Assembly: GCF_000012905.2 (NCBI RefSeq)
Contig: NC_007493.2
Location: 3,090,001 to 3,122,000, forward strand
Direction: 5' to 3'
Length of the DNA stretch: 32,000 nt
Source of the DNA: Cereibacter sphaeroides 2.4.1
GTDB taxonomy: Bacteria > Pseudomonadota > Alphaproteobacteria > Rhodobacterales > Rhodobacteraceae
Positions within the stretch are counted from its first letter, which is position 1. Each line of letters begins with the position of its first letter. Below the pieces are notes generated by a model. The model saw nothing but the letters and a program-made list of their open reading frames with translations. It did no database searches and was not told the origin of the DNA. The position numbers and the translations under genes are program-made. Below are positions 30,018 through 32,000 of the stretch, piece by piece.

Positions 30018-30893
30018 TCAGGCGCGGATCTCGTCCTCAGCGTAGCCCTGCACGAAGAGCAGCGCGGTCAGGTCGCCGTGGTTGATGCGGATATCGCATT
30101 CGGCGGCCACCACCGGCTTGGCGTGCAGCGCCACGCCCGCGTCCGCGCGCTTCAGCATCCCAAGGTCGTTCGCGCCGTCGCCCACCGCCATGGCTTCCGC
30201 AACCTCAATCCCCAGCCGGGCGCAGATCTCCTCCAGCGCCGCGAGCTTGGCCTCGCGCCCGAGGATCGGCTCGGCCACCGTGCCGATCAGCGCACCCTCG
30301 GCCACATGGAGGACGTTCGCGCGGTGCTCGTCGAAGCCGAGACCCGCCGCCACCTTCTCGGTGAAGGCGGTGAAGCCGCCCGAGACCAGCGCCGCGCGCG
30401 CGCCATGGGCCTTCATCGTCTGCACCAGTGCCCGCCCGCCCGGCATGTACTGGATCCGCGTCTCGAACACCCGGTCGATCACCGAGGCGGAGAGGCCCTT
30501 CAGAAGCCCCACCCGCTCGCGCAGCGCCGACTCGAAGTTCAGCTCGCCATTCATCGCCCGCCGGGTGATGCCTGCGACATATTCGCCGACGCCCGCCTCG
30601 TCGGCCAGCTCGTCGATACATTCCTGCCGGATCATCGTCGAATCCATGTCCGCCAGAAGCAGCTTCTTGCGCCGCCCTCCGGCCGGGACGACCGCGAGAT
30701 CGACCTTCAGCGCCTGCAGATCCTCCCAGACCTGCCAGCGGTTCGAAGGCATTGCAGCGACGGGAAATTCCGCCGCCACCCCCGGTTGCAGCCAGCGCGC
30801 GTCGCCGCCGCCCCAGGCATTGCGGAGCGACTCGACGGTGGTTCGCTCGAGCCCCGGCGCGGCCGGGTCGGTCATGAGGACGGCAACGAACAT
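30018..30893 (-). CDS. serB: Phosphoserine phosphatase SerB (HAD family)
   Basis: Preferred ATG is 30891-30893 (MFVAVLMTD...) with a GGGAGAG SD, giving 291 aa. HAD motifs LLLADMDSTMI and AVGDGANDLGML. Divergent from serC. Confidence 0.9.
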   Translation of the reverse strand: MFVAVLMTDPAAPGLERTTVESLRNAWGGGDARWLQPGVAAEFPVAAMPSNRWQVWEDLQALKVDLAVVPAGGRRKKLLLADMDSTMIRQECIDELADEAGVGEYVAGITRRAMNGELNFESALRERVGLLKGLSASVIDRVFETRIQYMPGGRALVQTMKAHGARAALVSGGFTAFTEKVAAGLGFDEHRANVLHVAEGALIGTVAEPILGREAKLAALEEICARLGIEVAEAMAVGDGANDLGMLKRADAGVALHAKPVVAAECDIRINHGDLTALLFVQGYAEDEIRA

Positions 30894-31032
30894 CGCACTC
30901 TCCCAAGGTCGCTTTTTCAAGATCGAGCGCCGCTCTAGGACAATTCTTTTCCTTGCGCCAGAGCCTGCCGGGGCGTAATGGCGACAGCGGGACACCTCTC
31001 CCCAACGAGAGGCATCTATCTGGAAGGATACC

Positions 31033-32000
<968 letters not shown>

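Overview
High-GC alphaproteobacterial chromosome segment, Rhodobacteraceae-like in gene content and order. The left half (nt 1-15702) is part of a flagellar cluster of the native alphaproteobacterial type. It holds an exported lytic transglycosylase-flhA-fliR-flhB-orf109 operon (+) and a tightly coupled nine-gene flgB-flgC-fliE-fliQ-flgF-flgG-flgA-flgH-fliL operon (-). It also holds fliI (+), a rod-binding-only flgJ plus orf107 (-), and fliK-flgD (+). The right half is core housekeeping around the replication initiator: ubiE-ubiB (-), mutM, an enoyl-CoA hydratase, rpsT, a 538-bp structured spacer, dnaA, dnaN, recF, a small VOC/glyoxalase-fold gene and gyrB. These are followed by a DUF2254-like membrane protein (-), a zapE/AFG1-like ATPase, serB (-) and the 5' part of serC. 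I see no rRNA or tRNA genes, CRISPR array, transposase, integrase, phage genes or recognisable defence genes, so I do not think this window holds a new defence or mobile system. The items most worth a second look are three unassigned ORFs inside the flagellar operons, the split FlgJ / lytic transglycosylase arrangement and a very long low-complexity FliK. The two divergent flagellar control regions, several convergent gene pairs with no terminator space, and the structured rpsT-dnaA spacer also merit attention. All product names rest on motifs read from the supplied translations and on synteny; no database search was possible. Many long ORFs in the track are antisense shadow ORFs typical of high-GC DNA and were rejected.
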